60,181 nucleotides of DNA. It comes from Clostridia bacterium. Lineage in GTDB: Bacteria; Bacillota; Clostridia; Oscillospirales; CAG-272. Location: contig JAFYHA010000091.1 of assembly GCA_017539425.1 (NCBI GenBank), forward strand, positions 1-60,181. Direction: 5' to 3'. This document shows positions 35,761 through 46,504 of this stretch, one piece after another. How positions within the stretch are numbered: the first letter of the stretch is position 1; each line of letters starts with the position of its first letter. Position numbers and translations under genes: made by a program. The notes under the pieces were generated by a model that had not been told where the DNA came from, did not search any database, and worked only from the letters and a program-made list of their open reading frames with translations.

Positions 35761-36495
35761 ATGTCCGATCATGAATCCCTTCACAGAATACTCATCACCG
35801 GGGGCACAGGCGGTATCGGATCCGAATGCGTCCGGGAACTGTCTTCCACCGGAGCGGAAGTCTCGTTTTTCTATCATACGAACAAGACCGTCGCAGATGC
35901 GCTGGCGCGGGAAACAGGAGCCCTTGGCCTGCCTTGCGATCTTTCCGATGCGGATCAAGTGAAGACCGCAGTGGATCAGGCCGCAAAGCGGATGTCCGGT
36001 CTGGACATTCTGGTGTGCGCCGCGGGCATCTCGGTGATCGCCCCGGTCCAGACGGTCTCCGAAACCGACTGGGACCGGATCTTCGATGTCAATCTGCACG
36101 GTGTACGACGCGCCGTAACCTCCGCGATCCCGTATCTGCTGAACAGCCGGTGCGGCCGCATCATCCTGATCGGGTCCATGTGGGGAAAGACGGGAGCCTC
36201 CTGCGAGACCGGATACAGCGCCTCCAAAGGAGCGCTCCGGGCCTTTACCTATGCGCTGGCCAAGGAACTCGGTCCCTCCCGCATCACCGTGAACTGCATC
36301 GAACCCGGTTTCATCGACACGGATATGAACCGGCATCTCTCGGAAGAAGACCGGCAGGCCCTGATCGACGAGACACCGATAGGCCGGGTCGGCACTCCGG
36401 GCGACGTAGCGGCAGCCGTCCGGTTCCTGGCTTCTGAATCCGCATCCTTCATTACCGGACAGTGTCTCGGGGTAGACGGCGGTTTTGCCGTCTGA
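35761..36495 (+). CDS. Short-chain dehydrogenase/reductase (FabG/KduD-like)
   Basis: TGGTGGIGS Rossmann motif and YSASKGAL catalytic motif. 244 aa. GGAGGA RBS. Confidence 0.85.
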   Translation: MSDHESLHRILITGGTGGIGSECVRELSSTGAEVSFFYHTNKTVADALARETGALGLPCDLSDADQVKTAVDQAAKRMSGLDILVCAAGISVIAPVQTVSETDWDRIFDVNLHGVRRAVTSAIPYLLNSRCGRIILIGSMWGKTGASCETGYSASKGALRAFTYALAKELGPSRITVNCIEPGFIDTDMNRHLSEEDRQALIDETPIGRVGTPGDVAAAVRFLASESASFITGQCLGVDGGFAV

Positions 36496-36525
36496 ACACG
36501 AATCGAACGAGGAGAAGGCGCCAAA

Positions 36526-39096
36526 ATGGCGCCGCACAATACTATGCATACTTTGCTCGCCATCGACGGCAACAGCATCATGAACCGGGCCTTCTACGGC
36601 GTCCACAGCGCGCTGAGCAGCCGGGACGGTTTTCCGACGAATGCCCTGTACGGTTTCCTGAATATGACCGCCAAGCTCCTGGATGAGTACCATCCGGACT
36701 ACCGGATCGCGGCCTTTGACGTGCACGCCCCGACGTTCCGGCACAAGGCCTATGCCGAATACAAGGCCGGCCGTCACGAGACACCGGAAGACCTTCTGAA
36801 ACAGTTGGAGGTCATCGACGACTTTCTGCTGGCGCTGGGCTTCACCGTCCTGCGCAAGGAAGGCTATGAGGCCGACGATATCCTGGGCACGCTGTCTGAA
36901 ATGGCCGAGCAGGCCGAAACTCCGACCCAGGCCCTCATCTATACCGGAGACCGGGACTCCTTGCAGCTGATCTCGGACCGCACGACCGTCCTTCTGGCCA
37001 CCAACGGGGGAACCGTACCCTATACCCGGGATCTCTTCCGCAAGGAGAAGGGGATCGACCCGACCCAGTTCGTGGACGTCAAGGCCCTGATGGGAGACAG
37101 TTCGGACAACATTCCGGGCGTTCCGGGCGTCGGGGAAAAGACGGCCTTCGCCCTGATCCAGCGCTTCGGATCCCTGGACGAACTGTACGCCTCCCTGGAT
37201 ACGGTCACGGACCTCAAACCCCGCACCGTCCAGCTTCTGAGGGACGGACGGGACAGCGCCTACAAGTCCAGGCTACTCTCCGCCATCGAGCGACACGTTC
37301 CGCTCACGGAATCCCTGTCCTCCATGCGGTTCACCGGCATCCGGGAATCCGGTCTGCAGGACCTTCTGAACCGGTATGACTTTACCAGTTTCCGCACGGC
37401 TTTTTCCCGATCCGGCACGCCCGGGCAGGAGATCGCTCCGGCCGAGCCGGCACCTGAGTTCGAGACCGTGGACCCGGAACGTCTGAACGGCATCCCGGAA
37501 CAAACCGTCTGCGCCCTCGCGCTCGCTCCGGATTCCGTCGAGCTGGCCTTTGAAGAGAGGAACTGGCGCCTGCCCGTAAACGGGGAAACCCGGAAAGTCG
37601 TTCTTGAAAGGGTCCTTTCCCGTCCTTTCACGTTCCTGATCCAGGACTGCAAAGAATTCTACAAGGCGATGGACCGCATCGGCATCCGGTTCCGCTCCTG
37701 TGCGTTCGACCCGATGCTGGGCGCCTACGTCCTGGACTCCTCATCCGGGAAATACGCGCTGCCCGATCTTGTGTCCGCGTATCTGGGTACAGACTGGTCC
37801 GAGGACTATCCGCAGAGTGTCTATATTCTGAAATTATACCGTGAAATCACCAGTAAACTGTCTCAGACAAGACAAATTCAGATTCTGAATGATATTGAAA
37901 TGCCACTCGCTGCCGTTCTGGCGGATATGGAGGAGACCGGCTTCAAGGTCGACCTGACCCGTCTCCATGACTTCGGTCTGAGGCTGGAGGCAAAGGAGAA
38001 GGAACTGACCGAGGAGTGCTACGCGCTCGCGGGCACCGAGTTCAACCTGAACTCACCCAAGCAGCTCGGGGAGATCCTGTTTGAAAGGATGAATCTCCCG
38101 TCCCTGAAGAAGACAAAAAGCGGATACTCGACCAACGCCGAAGTGCTGGCCAAGCTCCGCCCGTATTCGCCCATTATCGACAAGATCCTGGATTACCGGA
38201 CCGTATCCAAACTGCGCTCGGTCTATGCCGAGGGACTCCAGAAGGAAGCGGACGGAAACGGCCGCATCCATACGACGTTCCGGCAGACCGGAACGGCCAC
38301 CGGACGTCTGTCCAGTGCGGAGCCCAATCTTCAGAACATCCCGATCCGTACCGAGATCGGAAAGGAATTCCGCAAATTCTTCATCCCGCTGGAGCCGGAT
38401 CACGTCCTGATCGACGCGGACTATTCCCAGATCGAGCTCAGGCTGTTAGCCAATCTTTCCGGAGATGAAACGATGATCCGCGCCTTCCAGAGCGATGCGG
38501 ACATTCATACCGCGACCGCAGCCCACGTGTTCGGCATTCCCGAGGACGAGGTGACCCCGGACCTGCGCAAGCGGGCGAAGGCCGTGAACTTCGGGATCCT
38601 GTACGGGATCGGAGCCTTCTCACTCTCCGAAGACCTGGGCATCAGCCGGGCGGCCGCCTCCGACTTTATCGAACAGTACTACCGCACCTATCCGGATATC
38701 AAGGAGTATCTGGAGACCGTGGTCCAGGCCGCCGTGAAGGAAGGATACGTCACAACCCTGTTCGGACGCCGCCGGTATATCGCCGAACTGAAGGCCTCCA
38801 ACCGGATGGTGGTGGCCGCCGGAGAACGCATCGCCCGGAACAGTCCGATCCAGGGCTCCGCGGCGGATCTGATCAAGATCGCGATGATCCGTGTGGACAG
38901 GGAACTCAGGTCGCGAGGTCTGAATGCCCGGATGATCCTCCAGGTCCATGACGAACTGATCCTGGACGCGGACCGGTCCTGCGCGGAAGAAGCCCGGAAA
39001 CTGCTTAAAGAAACCATGGAATCCGTTCTGGACCTTCCCGTCAGGTTCCTGGCGGACGCCCAGATCGGGGATACCTGGTTTGACTGCCATTCGTAA
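36526..39096 (+). CDS. polA: DNA polymerase I
   Basis: 5' nuclease domain (IDGNSIMNRAFYG, GDSSDNIPGVPGVGEKTA). Pol motifs A (DYSQIELRLLA), B (RKRAKAVNFGILYG) and C (QVHDEL). Confidence 0.95.
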   Translation: MAPHNTMHTLLAIDGNSIMNRAFYGVHSALSSRDGFPTNALYGFLNMTAKLLDEYHPDYRIAAFDVHAPTFRHKAYAEYKAGRHETPEDLLKQLEVIDDFLLALGFTVLRKEGYEADDILGTLSEMAEQAETPTQALIYTGDRDSLQLISDRTTVLLATNGGTVPYTRDLFRKEKGIDPTQFVDVKALMGDSSDNIPGVPGVGEKTAFALIQRFGSLDELYASLDTVTDLKPRTVQLLRDGRDSAYKSRLLSAIERHVPLTESLSSMRFTGIRESGLQDLLNRYDFTSFRTAFSRSGTPGQEIAPAEPAPEFETVDPERLNGIPEQTVCALALAPDSVELAFEERNWRLPVNGETRKVVLERVLSRPFTFLIQDCKEFYKAMDRIGIRFRSCAFDPMLGAYVLDSSSGKYALPDLVSAYLGTDWSEDYPQSVYILKLYREITSKLSQTRQIQILNDIEMPLAAVLADMEETGFKVDLTRLHDFGLRLEAKEKELTEECYALAGTEFNLNSPKQLGEILFERMNLPSLKKTKSGYSTNAEVLAKLRPYSPIIDKILDYRTVSKLRSVYAEGLQKEADGNGRIHTTFRQTGTATGRLSSAEPNLQNIPIRTEIGKEFRKFFIPLEPDHVLIDADYSQIELRLLANLSGDETMIRAFQSDADIHTATAAHVFGIPEDEVTPDLRKRAKAVNFGILYGIGAFSLSEDLGISRAAASDFIEQYYRTYPDIKEYLETVVQAAVKEGYVTTLFGRRRYIAELKASNRMVVAAGERIARNSPIQGSAADLIKIAMIRVDRELRSRGLNARMILQVHDELILDADRSCAEEARKLLKETMESVLDLPVRFLADAQIGDTWFDCHS

Positions 39097-39097
39097 T

Positions 39098-39130
39098 GCA
39101 AAAAGGCCGCTTCTGGAGTGGCCTTTTTGC
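39098..39130. terminator. Bidirectional terminator
   Basis: GCAAAAAGGCC ... GGCCTTTTTGC, perfect 11-bp stem. Confidence 0.85.
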
Positions 39131-39131
39131 A

Positions 39132-40040
39132 TTATTCGGGTGTGGTTTTTTCTGACGGTTTTTCCTGCTTTTCCCCCGGTGGCGGGATCCGTTCACTGAC
39201 CACCGCTGCGGCCAGGATCAGGACGGCGCCGATCCAGCCCGGTACACCCATCGCTTCCTGCAGAAAGAGCGCAGAACACAGGACGGACACGACCGGTTCC
39301 AGATACCCGAGGATGGCCACGGTCTGGACGGGAAGGACCGCCATTCCGTTGAAATAGAAGCAGTAGGCCACTCCGGTATGGAGAATGCCGAGCATCAGAA
39401 CGATCAGTCCGGACTGAAGATCCGACGGAAAAGGAAACCACCCTCCGTTGTGGATCATCATATAGGGAAAGATGGTAAGTGCGGAAAGATACAGCTGGAC
39501 AAAAGACCGGTCAAACGCCGAAATGTCCTTGAGTTTCCGGTTGAGGAAGACCAGAACCGTGAAACAGGCGGCCGCCAGCAGTCCGTAAAGAATGCCCAGA
39601 GGGTTTCCGATATCCCCTCCGAACACACCGGACACCAGTACGATTCCGGCCAGTGCGGCCAGAATGCAGGGGATCTTGCGCCAGTCCAGCCTTTCCTTCA
39701 GGATCAGGGGCGTCAGAAGAACGACGAGTACGGGAGCCATATAGTTGCACAGACTGGCCACCGCGACCGTGGTGTTGACATAGGCCGCAAACAGGAAGAT
39801 CCAGTTCAGACCCAGCATGACGCCGGACAGGATCAGCAAAACCAGGTTGTTCCGGATGGCTTTCAGATCCGGTTTTTCTTTTTTGATCCGCTTATAGACC
39901 AGAATACAGGTTCCGCCGATCACTCCGCGGTAGAAGGCCACCGCTTCACTGGGCAGATCGACGAACCGAAGAAACAATCCGATGGTGCCGTACAGGATCA
40001 CCGCCACCACGAACAGGATCCGGTCCTTGACAAGTCTCAT
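39132..40040 (-). CDS. EamA/DMT-family transporter
   Basis: 10 TM helices arranged as two EamA-type halves. ATG at 40040, 9 nt after GAGGTG. Confidence 0.8.
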   Translation of the reverse strand: MRLVKDRILFVVAVILYGTIGLFLRFVDLPSEAVAFYRGVIGGTCILVYKRIKKEKPDLKAIRNNLVLLILSGVMLGLNWIFLFAAYVNTTVAVASLCNYMAPVLVVLLTPLILKERLDWRKIPCILAALAGIVLVSGVFGGDIGNPLGILYGLLAAACFTVLVFLNRKLKDISAFDRSFVQLYLSALTIFPYMMIHNGGWFPFPSDLQSGLIVLMLGILHTGVAYCFYFNGMAVLPVQTVAILGYLEPVVSVLCSALFLQEAMGVPGWIGAVLILAAAVVSERIPPPGEKQEKPSEKTTPE

Positions 40041-40077
40041 GGAAACAAACACCTCAAAAGACGTGACCCGGAAGTCA

Positions 40078-41469
40078 TTACGATTCTTTTTCTTTTAGAA
40101 AGGGCAGTACTTCAAACAACCCGCGAACCGGCACGATCCGGATGCCCTGGATCTGAACGGTTCGCTTTTCCAGATTACGATAGGGAACCAGCGCAACGGT
40201 AAACCCAAGACGGGCGGCTTCCTTCACTCTCTGTTCCAGGTTGGCGACGGCACGGCACTCTCCGGCCAGTCCGAGTTCCCCTACGGCGATCAGTTCATCC
40301 GGAACGATCCGGTCTGTGTAGGAGGAAATCAGGGCCATTGCGACCGCAAGATCGGAGGCCGGCTCATCGATCCGGAGACCTCCGATGATGTTCGTATACA
40401 CATCCTGACCCGAGAACCGGTATCCCATTCTTTTTTCGAGAACGGCCAGGATCAGGCACAGCCGGTTGTAATCTATTCCGTTTGAGGTCCGCTTTCCGGA
40501 CGGATAGACCGTAGGCACGACCAAAGCCTGGACTTCGGCAATGAGAGGCCGGGTCCCTTCCAGCGTGCTGACCGCGCAATTGCCGGAAATGTTCTTCGGA
40601 CGCCCGGCCAGCAGCATCTCGGACGGATTCTCGACCTGAACCAGACCCTGATCGGTCATTTCAAAGACGCCGATCTCATTCGTGGATCCAAACCGGTTCT
40701 TGACGGCACGTATGATCCGGTACGACTGCTGACGTTCGCCCTCAAAATAGAGAACGGCATCCACCATGTGCTCCAAAACCTTCGGACCGGCGATCCCGCC
40801 CTCTTTATTGACATGTCCGACCAGAAATGTGGATATGTTCTCGGACTTGGATTTGGCAATGAAGTGCATCGCGCACTCACGGACCTGCGTCACGCTTCCC
40901 GGAGCGCTCGAGATTTTATTATGGAACATAGTCTGGATCGAGTCCACGATCAGGATATCCGGGCGGATCTTATCCGTTTCCGCAAGGATTCTTTCCACAT
41001 TGGTCTCCGTCAGGATGAAGAGAGAAGGGCCTTTGACGCCCAGTCTTTCAGCCCTGAGTTTGAGCTGCCCGCCGGACTCCTCGCCTGAAACATACAGGAC
41101 CCTGCGGGTTTGACAAAGAGAAGATGAAATCTGAAGAAGCAGCGTGGATTTTCCGATTCCGGGCTCGCCGGCCAAAAGCACCACCGAACCCTTGACAAGC
41201 CCACCGCCCAGGACCCGGTCCAGTTCGCCAAGACCGGTCCCGCTTCTCAGGTATTCCGGGATCGTCATGTCCTGAAGCGAGACTGCGCCTGAGTCCCCGG
41301 ATGTGAGGACGGCACGGGTCGTGGATGCAGGGGCATCCGAAGACTCGGCTTCTTCCTCCATACTGTTCCAGGCACCGCAGGCCGGACACTTGCCGATCCA
41401 TTTCGGTGAACGATAGCCGCACTCGGTACAGCAAAAGAAGGTTTTGGTATTTTTCAAAGCGATCACCAC
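40078..41469 (-). CDS. radA: DNA repair protein RadA
   Basis: Zinc finger CTECGY..CPACGAW, Walker A GEPGIGKST, KNRFG motif, Lon-like C-terminal domain. The true start may be the TTG at 41457. Confidence 0.95.
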   Translation of the reverse strand: MVIALKNTKTFFCCTECGYRSPKWIGKCPACGAWNSMEEEAESSDAPASTTRAVLTSGDSGAVSLQDMTIPEYLRSGTGLGELDRVLGGGLVKGSVVLLAGEPGIGKSTLLLQISSSLCQTRRVLYVSGEESGGQLKLRAERLGVKGPSLFILTETNVERILAETDKIRPDILIVDSIQTMFHNKISSAPGSVTQVRECAMHFIAKSKSENISTFLVGHVNKEGGIAGPKVLEHMVDAVLYFEGERQQSYRIIRAVKNRFGSTNEIGVFEMTDQGLVQVENPSEMLLAGRPKNISGNCAVSTLEGTRPLIAEVQALVVPTVYPSGKRTSNGIDYNRLCLILAVLEKRMGYRFSGQDVYTNIIGGLRIDEPASDLAVAMALISSYTDRIVPDELIAVGELGLAGECRAVANLEQRVKEAARLGFTVALVPYRNLEKRTVQIQGIRIVPVRGLFEVLPFLKEKES

Positions 41470-41528
41470 CTGATTCTATCGAATGTAAACGGGTGGATCT
41501 TGAACAGCCACCTCTTACAACTGTATCC

Positions 41529-41557
41529 ATTGTATTGGAATGCTTACGGTATGTCAA
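41529..41557 (-). promoter_or_regulatory. radA promoter
   Basis: Minus strand: TTGACA, 17-nt spacer, TACAAT. Confidence 0.7.
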
Positions 41558-41832
41558 CGGGTTTTCCAACAAAAGGAAGGTATGCGGCCCTCATAAGTCA
41601 GATCCGTGCCGTTCCACTGACCGGCGATGTTGTTCCCCCGAGTTTGAAAAATTAGTGACTGAATAATAAATATGATTTAGTGAGAAAAATGTTGATTTTA
41701 TTGATATTTTTCTCACTTTCTTTCAACCGCCTTTTCAGCCGGGCCTGGACTCTCCCGGATCGAGGCAAATTCCTCGGGTGAGAACTCCGGTCCGGACATG
41801 ACTCTTTTTTCTTTTTGACTTGTCGAAACCGG

Positions 41833-41861
41833 TTGACAATCCCGTATGCTAAAAGTATAAT
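41833..41861 (+). promoter_or_regulatory. guaB promoter
   Basis: TTGACA, 17-nt spacer, TATAAT (perfect). Confidence 0.8.
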
Positions 41862-41863
41862 GA

Positions 41864-43360
<1,497 letters not shown>

Positions 43361-43388
43361 GTATTTTTCACTCCGGCATCTTGAGTTA

Positions 43389-43417
43389 TTGACAATACTG
43401 TCTTTGGATGGTATAAT
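43389..43417 (+). promoter_or_regulatory. Promoter of the stand-alone ACP gene
   Basis: TTGACA, 17-nt spacer, TATAAT (perfect). Confidence 0.8.
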
Positions 43418-43449
43418 ACAGTTAATTGTTAATGCGCAGGAGGCGTTTC

Positions 43450-43677
43450 ATGTTTGAACAGCTGCAGTCCCTTTTAGTTAACAAGTTCGAGTATGACAAG
43501 GATCAGATCACCTTGGACACTCAGTTGAGCACCGACTTGGGGCTCAACTCTATCGAACTCGCTGAACTTGTCGTAGCATGCGAAGAAGAATTTGAAATCG
43601 AAATCAATGATGAGGACATCCATGAATTTACCACGATCCGGGATGTTGTCGAATACCTCGAGAAGAAAACAAAATAA
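43450..43677 (+). CDS. Acyl carrier protein-like (75 aa)
   Basis: DLGLNSIELAELVVACEEEFEIEI matches the ACP helix II region (attachment Ser in NSI instead of DSL). AGGAGG RBS. Confidence 0.75.
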   Translation: MFEQLQSLLVNKFEYDKDQITLDTQLSTDLGLNSIELAELVVACEEEFEIEINDEDIHEFTTIRDVVEYLEKKTK

Positions 43678-43713
43678 TTCCGTTTCCGAAGCGCTATAGG
43701 CCCTTCGGAATTC

Positions 43714-43751
43714 AGCCGAACGGTCAAGCCAACCATTCGGCTGCTTTTCAT
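43714..43751 (+). terminator. Terminator after ACP
   Basis: AGCCGAACGG ... CCATTCGGCT followed by GCTTTTCATTT. It is preceded by a second 8-bp hairpin TTCCGAAG/CTTCGGAA. Confidence 0.65.
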
Positions 43752-43762
43752 TTGGAGACATA

Positions 43763-45247
43763 ATGCGATATCTGGCCATTGATCTGGGCGCATCCAGCGG
43801 AAGAATCGTGGAAGCGGCCTTTGACGGAACAAAACTGATTTTTACCGAGCTCCACCGGTTCTCAAACGATCCGGTCTATACGGGTAAATCCTTCCACTGG
43901 GATATCCTGAGACTCCTGTTTGAAATCAGAGCCGGTCTCCGCAAGGCCTCTCTGCATTCTTCGGAGAAGGAGTTTTCCGTCGGAATCGACACCTGGGGCG
44001 TGGATTACGGATGGCTGGACAAATCCGGGAACCTTCTGGGCAACCCGTACCATTACCGGGACACCCGTACCAAAGGAACCCTGGACGTCCTGGACAGGCT
44101 TTTTCCGGGTGGAGGCGTTTACAAACGCACCGGGATCCAGCAGCTTGAGCTGAACACACTCAATCAGCTACTTGCGGAGAAACTTCAGGGCTCTCCGCTC
44201 CCGGCCAGTGCGGACAAACTCCTGTTTATACCCGATCTGCTCAATTTCTTTCTGACCGGCGTCAAGGCCTGCGAGTATACCATAGCCTCGACAGGGTCTC
44301 TGCTGAACGCAAGAACAGGGAAGCCGGATCCGGACATTCTCCGTGCGATAGGCCTGGATGCGGACCGTTTTGCAGATCCGGTTCAGCCGGGTACATATCT
44401 CGCCGACCTGTCTCCGGATCTGCAGGATGAGTTTGGTTCCACACGCTTTCATTTTCAGGCTGTCGCCTCTCACGATACGGCCTCAGCGGTATTATCTGTC
44501 CCATTTGATACAAATAGCATAGAGAAAGCCTATCTGAGTTCCGGTACATGGTCTCTGATGGGATGTGAACTGGATGCTCCGCTGATGAACGAGGACACCC
44601 TCCGGGCCAATTTCACGAACGAGGGCGGTGTGTTCGGAACCATCCGTTTTCTCAAGAACATCATGGGGCTCTGGCTTTTGCAGGAGTCCCGTCGGCAGTG
44701 GCAGCGCGAAGGCTCGGATTACAGCTTTCCGGACCTGGACGCCATGGCCAAGAGCTGTAGGCCCCTCAGGTCCTTGGTGGACCCGGACGACGCACGTTTT
44801 GCCTTGCCGGGCAATATGCCCGAACGCATCCGGGAGTATTGCCAGGAAACCGGTCAGCCCATACCCGAAACCGTCGGCGAGACCGTCCGGTGCATCCTGG
44901 ATTCTCTGGCTCTCAAATACAAGGATACGATCTGCACACTGGAACGGCTTACGGGCCATCCCGTCCGGAGTCTCCATATCGTCGGAGGCGGGATCCAGAA
45001 CAAGCTCCTGTGCCGTGCCACCGCTACCGTTTGTGAAAGACCTGTCGTCGCGGGACCGGTAGAGGCCACCGCATGCGGAAACATCCTTTCCCAGCTCCTG
45101 GCGACCGGGGAGATCTCATCACTGTCCCAGGCCCGGGACGTGGTACGCGCTTCGTTTGACGTGGACAACTATGAACCGGACCCGGCACTCTCCGGAATCT
45201 GCTCGGAAGCGTTCGGCAGATTCCAAAACCTGAAAACCAATATTTGA
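43763..45247 (+). CDS. rhaB: FGGY-family sugar kinase, rhamnulokinase-like
   Basis: AIDLGASSGRIV...LHRFSN......HWDILRL is the typical RhaB N-terminus. 494 aa. No rhaA or rhaD nearby. Confidence 0.65.
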   Translation: MRYLAIDLGASSGRIVEAAFDGTKLIFTELHRFSNDPVYTGKSFHWDILRLLFEIRAGLRKASLHSSEKEFSVGIDTWGVDYGWLDKSGNLLGNPYHYRDTRTKGTLDVLDRLFPGGGVYKRTGIQQLELNTLNQLLAEKLQGSPLPASADKLLFIPDLLNFFLTGVKACEYTIASTGSLLNARTGKPDPDILRAIGLDADRFADPVQPGTYLADLSPDLQDEFGSTRFHFQAVASHDTASAVLSVPFDTNSIEKAYLSSGTWSLMGCELDAPLMNEDTLRANFTNEGGVFGTIRFLKNIMGLWLLQESRRQWQREGSDYSFPDLDAMAKSCRPLRSLVDPDDARFALPGNMPERIREYCQETGQPIPETVGETVRCILDSLALKYKDTICTLERLTGHPVRSLHIVGGGIQNKLLCRATATVCERPVVAGPVEATACGNILSQLLATGEISSLSQARDVVRASFDVDNYEPDPALSGICSEAFGRFQNLKTNI

Positions 45248-45271
45248 AATCATATTTTGGAGGAACAGCAT

Positions 45272-46417
45272 ATGAGGGATAATGAATTCGGCGAACTCGC
45301 CATCATCGGGATGCGCGGCTGCGAAGATTTCACGGAACAGGTAGACAACTACCTGAAGGAGTGGAGACGTCATAATGTGGACGCCACATTCACGGTCGAG
45401 GCCGTCTGCCCCCGTTTCGGGTCCGGTGAAGCCAAGTGCCTGATCAAGGATTCCATGCGTGGAAAAGACGTGTACATCATCTGTGACACGTTCAACTACG
45501 GTGTGACGTTCAAAATGTACGGAATGACCGTGCCCATGAGTCCGGACGACCATTACTGCGACCTGAAGCGGATCATTGCCGCGATCGCAGGAAAGGCCAG
45601 AAGGATCTCGGTCGTGATGCCCATGCTTTACGAAGGCCGTCAGCATCGCAGAACCGCCCGCGAGTCCCTGGACTGCGCCATGATGCTCCAGGAACTGACC
45701 GCGATGGGCGTGTCCAACATCCTGACCTTCGATGCCCATGACCCCCGTGTGCAGAATGCAGTTCCTCTCCACGGCTTTGACAATGTCCAGCCGACCTACC
45801 AGATGATCAAGGCCATGCTCCGGAAATACCCGGACATCATCGTGGACAAGGACCACCTGATGATCATTTCTCCCGATGAAGGCGCGATGGCCCGCAGCAT
45901 GTATTATTCCTCCGTGCTGGGCATAGACATCGGTGTGTTCTACAAACGCCGCAACTACGCGGTCATCGTAAACGGCCGCAATCCCATTGAAGCCCATGAA
46001 TATCTGGGCCGCGATCTCACCGGAATGGACGTCTTCATCGTGGACGATATGATCTCCTCCGGCGAATCCTTCTTCGACGTGGCCAAGCAGCTCAAGGAGA
46101 AAGGGGCAAAACGGATCTTCAGCTTCTGCACGTTCGGCCTCTTCACGTCCGGTCTGGATCACTTTGACCAGTGCTACAAGGAAGGCCTGTTTGACCAGGT
46201 CTTCACGACCAATCTGGTCTACCGCAATCCGGAACTGGCCACCCGCCCCTGGTATACCGAAGTCAACATGTGCAAGTACGTGGCCTATCTCGTGGATACG
46301 CTCAACCACGATTCCTCCATTTCCGACCTTCTCAATCCGGTCGGCCGGATCAACAAGCTCCTGGCCAAGCACAAAGCCAGGATGCCGATTCCCGAACAGG
46401 TCTCCCTGGATCTGTAG
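45272..46417 (+). CDS. prs: Ribose-phosphate pyrophosphokinase (long form)
   Basis: RFGSGEAK, VMPMLYEGRQHRR, TFDAHD, IVDDMISSGES motifs. ATG at 45272 after GGAGGAA. Confidence 0.8.
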   Translation: MRDNEFGELAIIGMRGCEDFTEQVDNYLKEWRRHNVDATFTVEAVCPRFGSGEAKCLIKDSMRGKDVYIICDTFNYGVTFKMYGMTVPMSPDDHYCDLKRIIAAIAGKARRISVVMPMLYEGRQHRRTARESLDCAMMLQELTAMGVSNILTFDAHDPRVQNAVPLHGFDNVQPTYQMIKAMLRKYPDIIVDKDHLMIISPDEGAMARSMYYSSVLGIDIGVFYKRRNYAVIVNGRNPIEAHEYLGRDLTGMDVFIVDDMISSGESFFDVAKQLKEKGAKRIFSFCTFGLFTSGLDHFDQCYKEGLFDQVFTTNLVYRNPELATRPWYTEVNMCKYVAYLVDTLNHDSSISDLLNPVGRINKLLAKHKARMPIPEQVSLDL

Positions 46418-46440
46418 AAAACCGTCAAAACAGTTTTCAA

Positions 46441-46469
46441 AGGGCTGCCCGCCAAAAGCGGGCAGCCCT
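46441..46469. terminator. 12-bp GC hairpin between convergent genes
   Basis: AGGGCTGCCCGC caaaa GCGGGCAGCCCT. The flanking U-tracts are weak. Confidence 0.6.
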
Positions 46470-46504
46470 TCGTCCGGTTAAGATTCCGTAATTCTGCCGG
46501 TCAA

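Noticed and set aside
36526-39096. polA apparently lacks the 3'-5' exonuclease DxE (Exo I) motif (region reads VCALALAPDSVELAF)
   Set aside because: An inactive proofreading domain is normal for Bacillus/Thermus-type Pol I in Firmicutes, so this is not an anomaly.
41689-41781. 30-aa ORF MLILLIFFSLSFNRLF... starting inside the AT-rich inverted repeat, and the 113-aa track ORF at 41325-41666
   Set aside because: The 30-aa ORF has a weak or absent RBS and overlaps the palindrome. The 113-aa ORF runs across the radA promoter and coding start on the opposite strand. Both are likely spurious.
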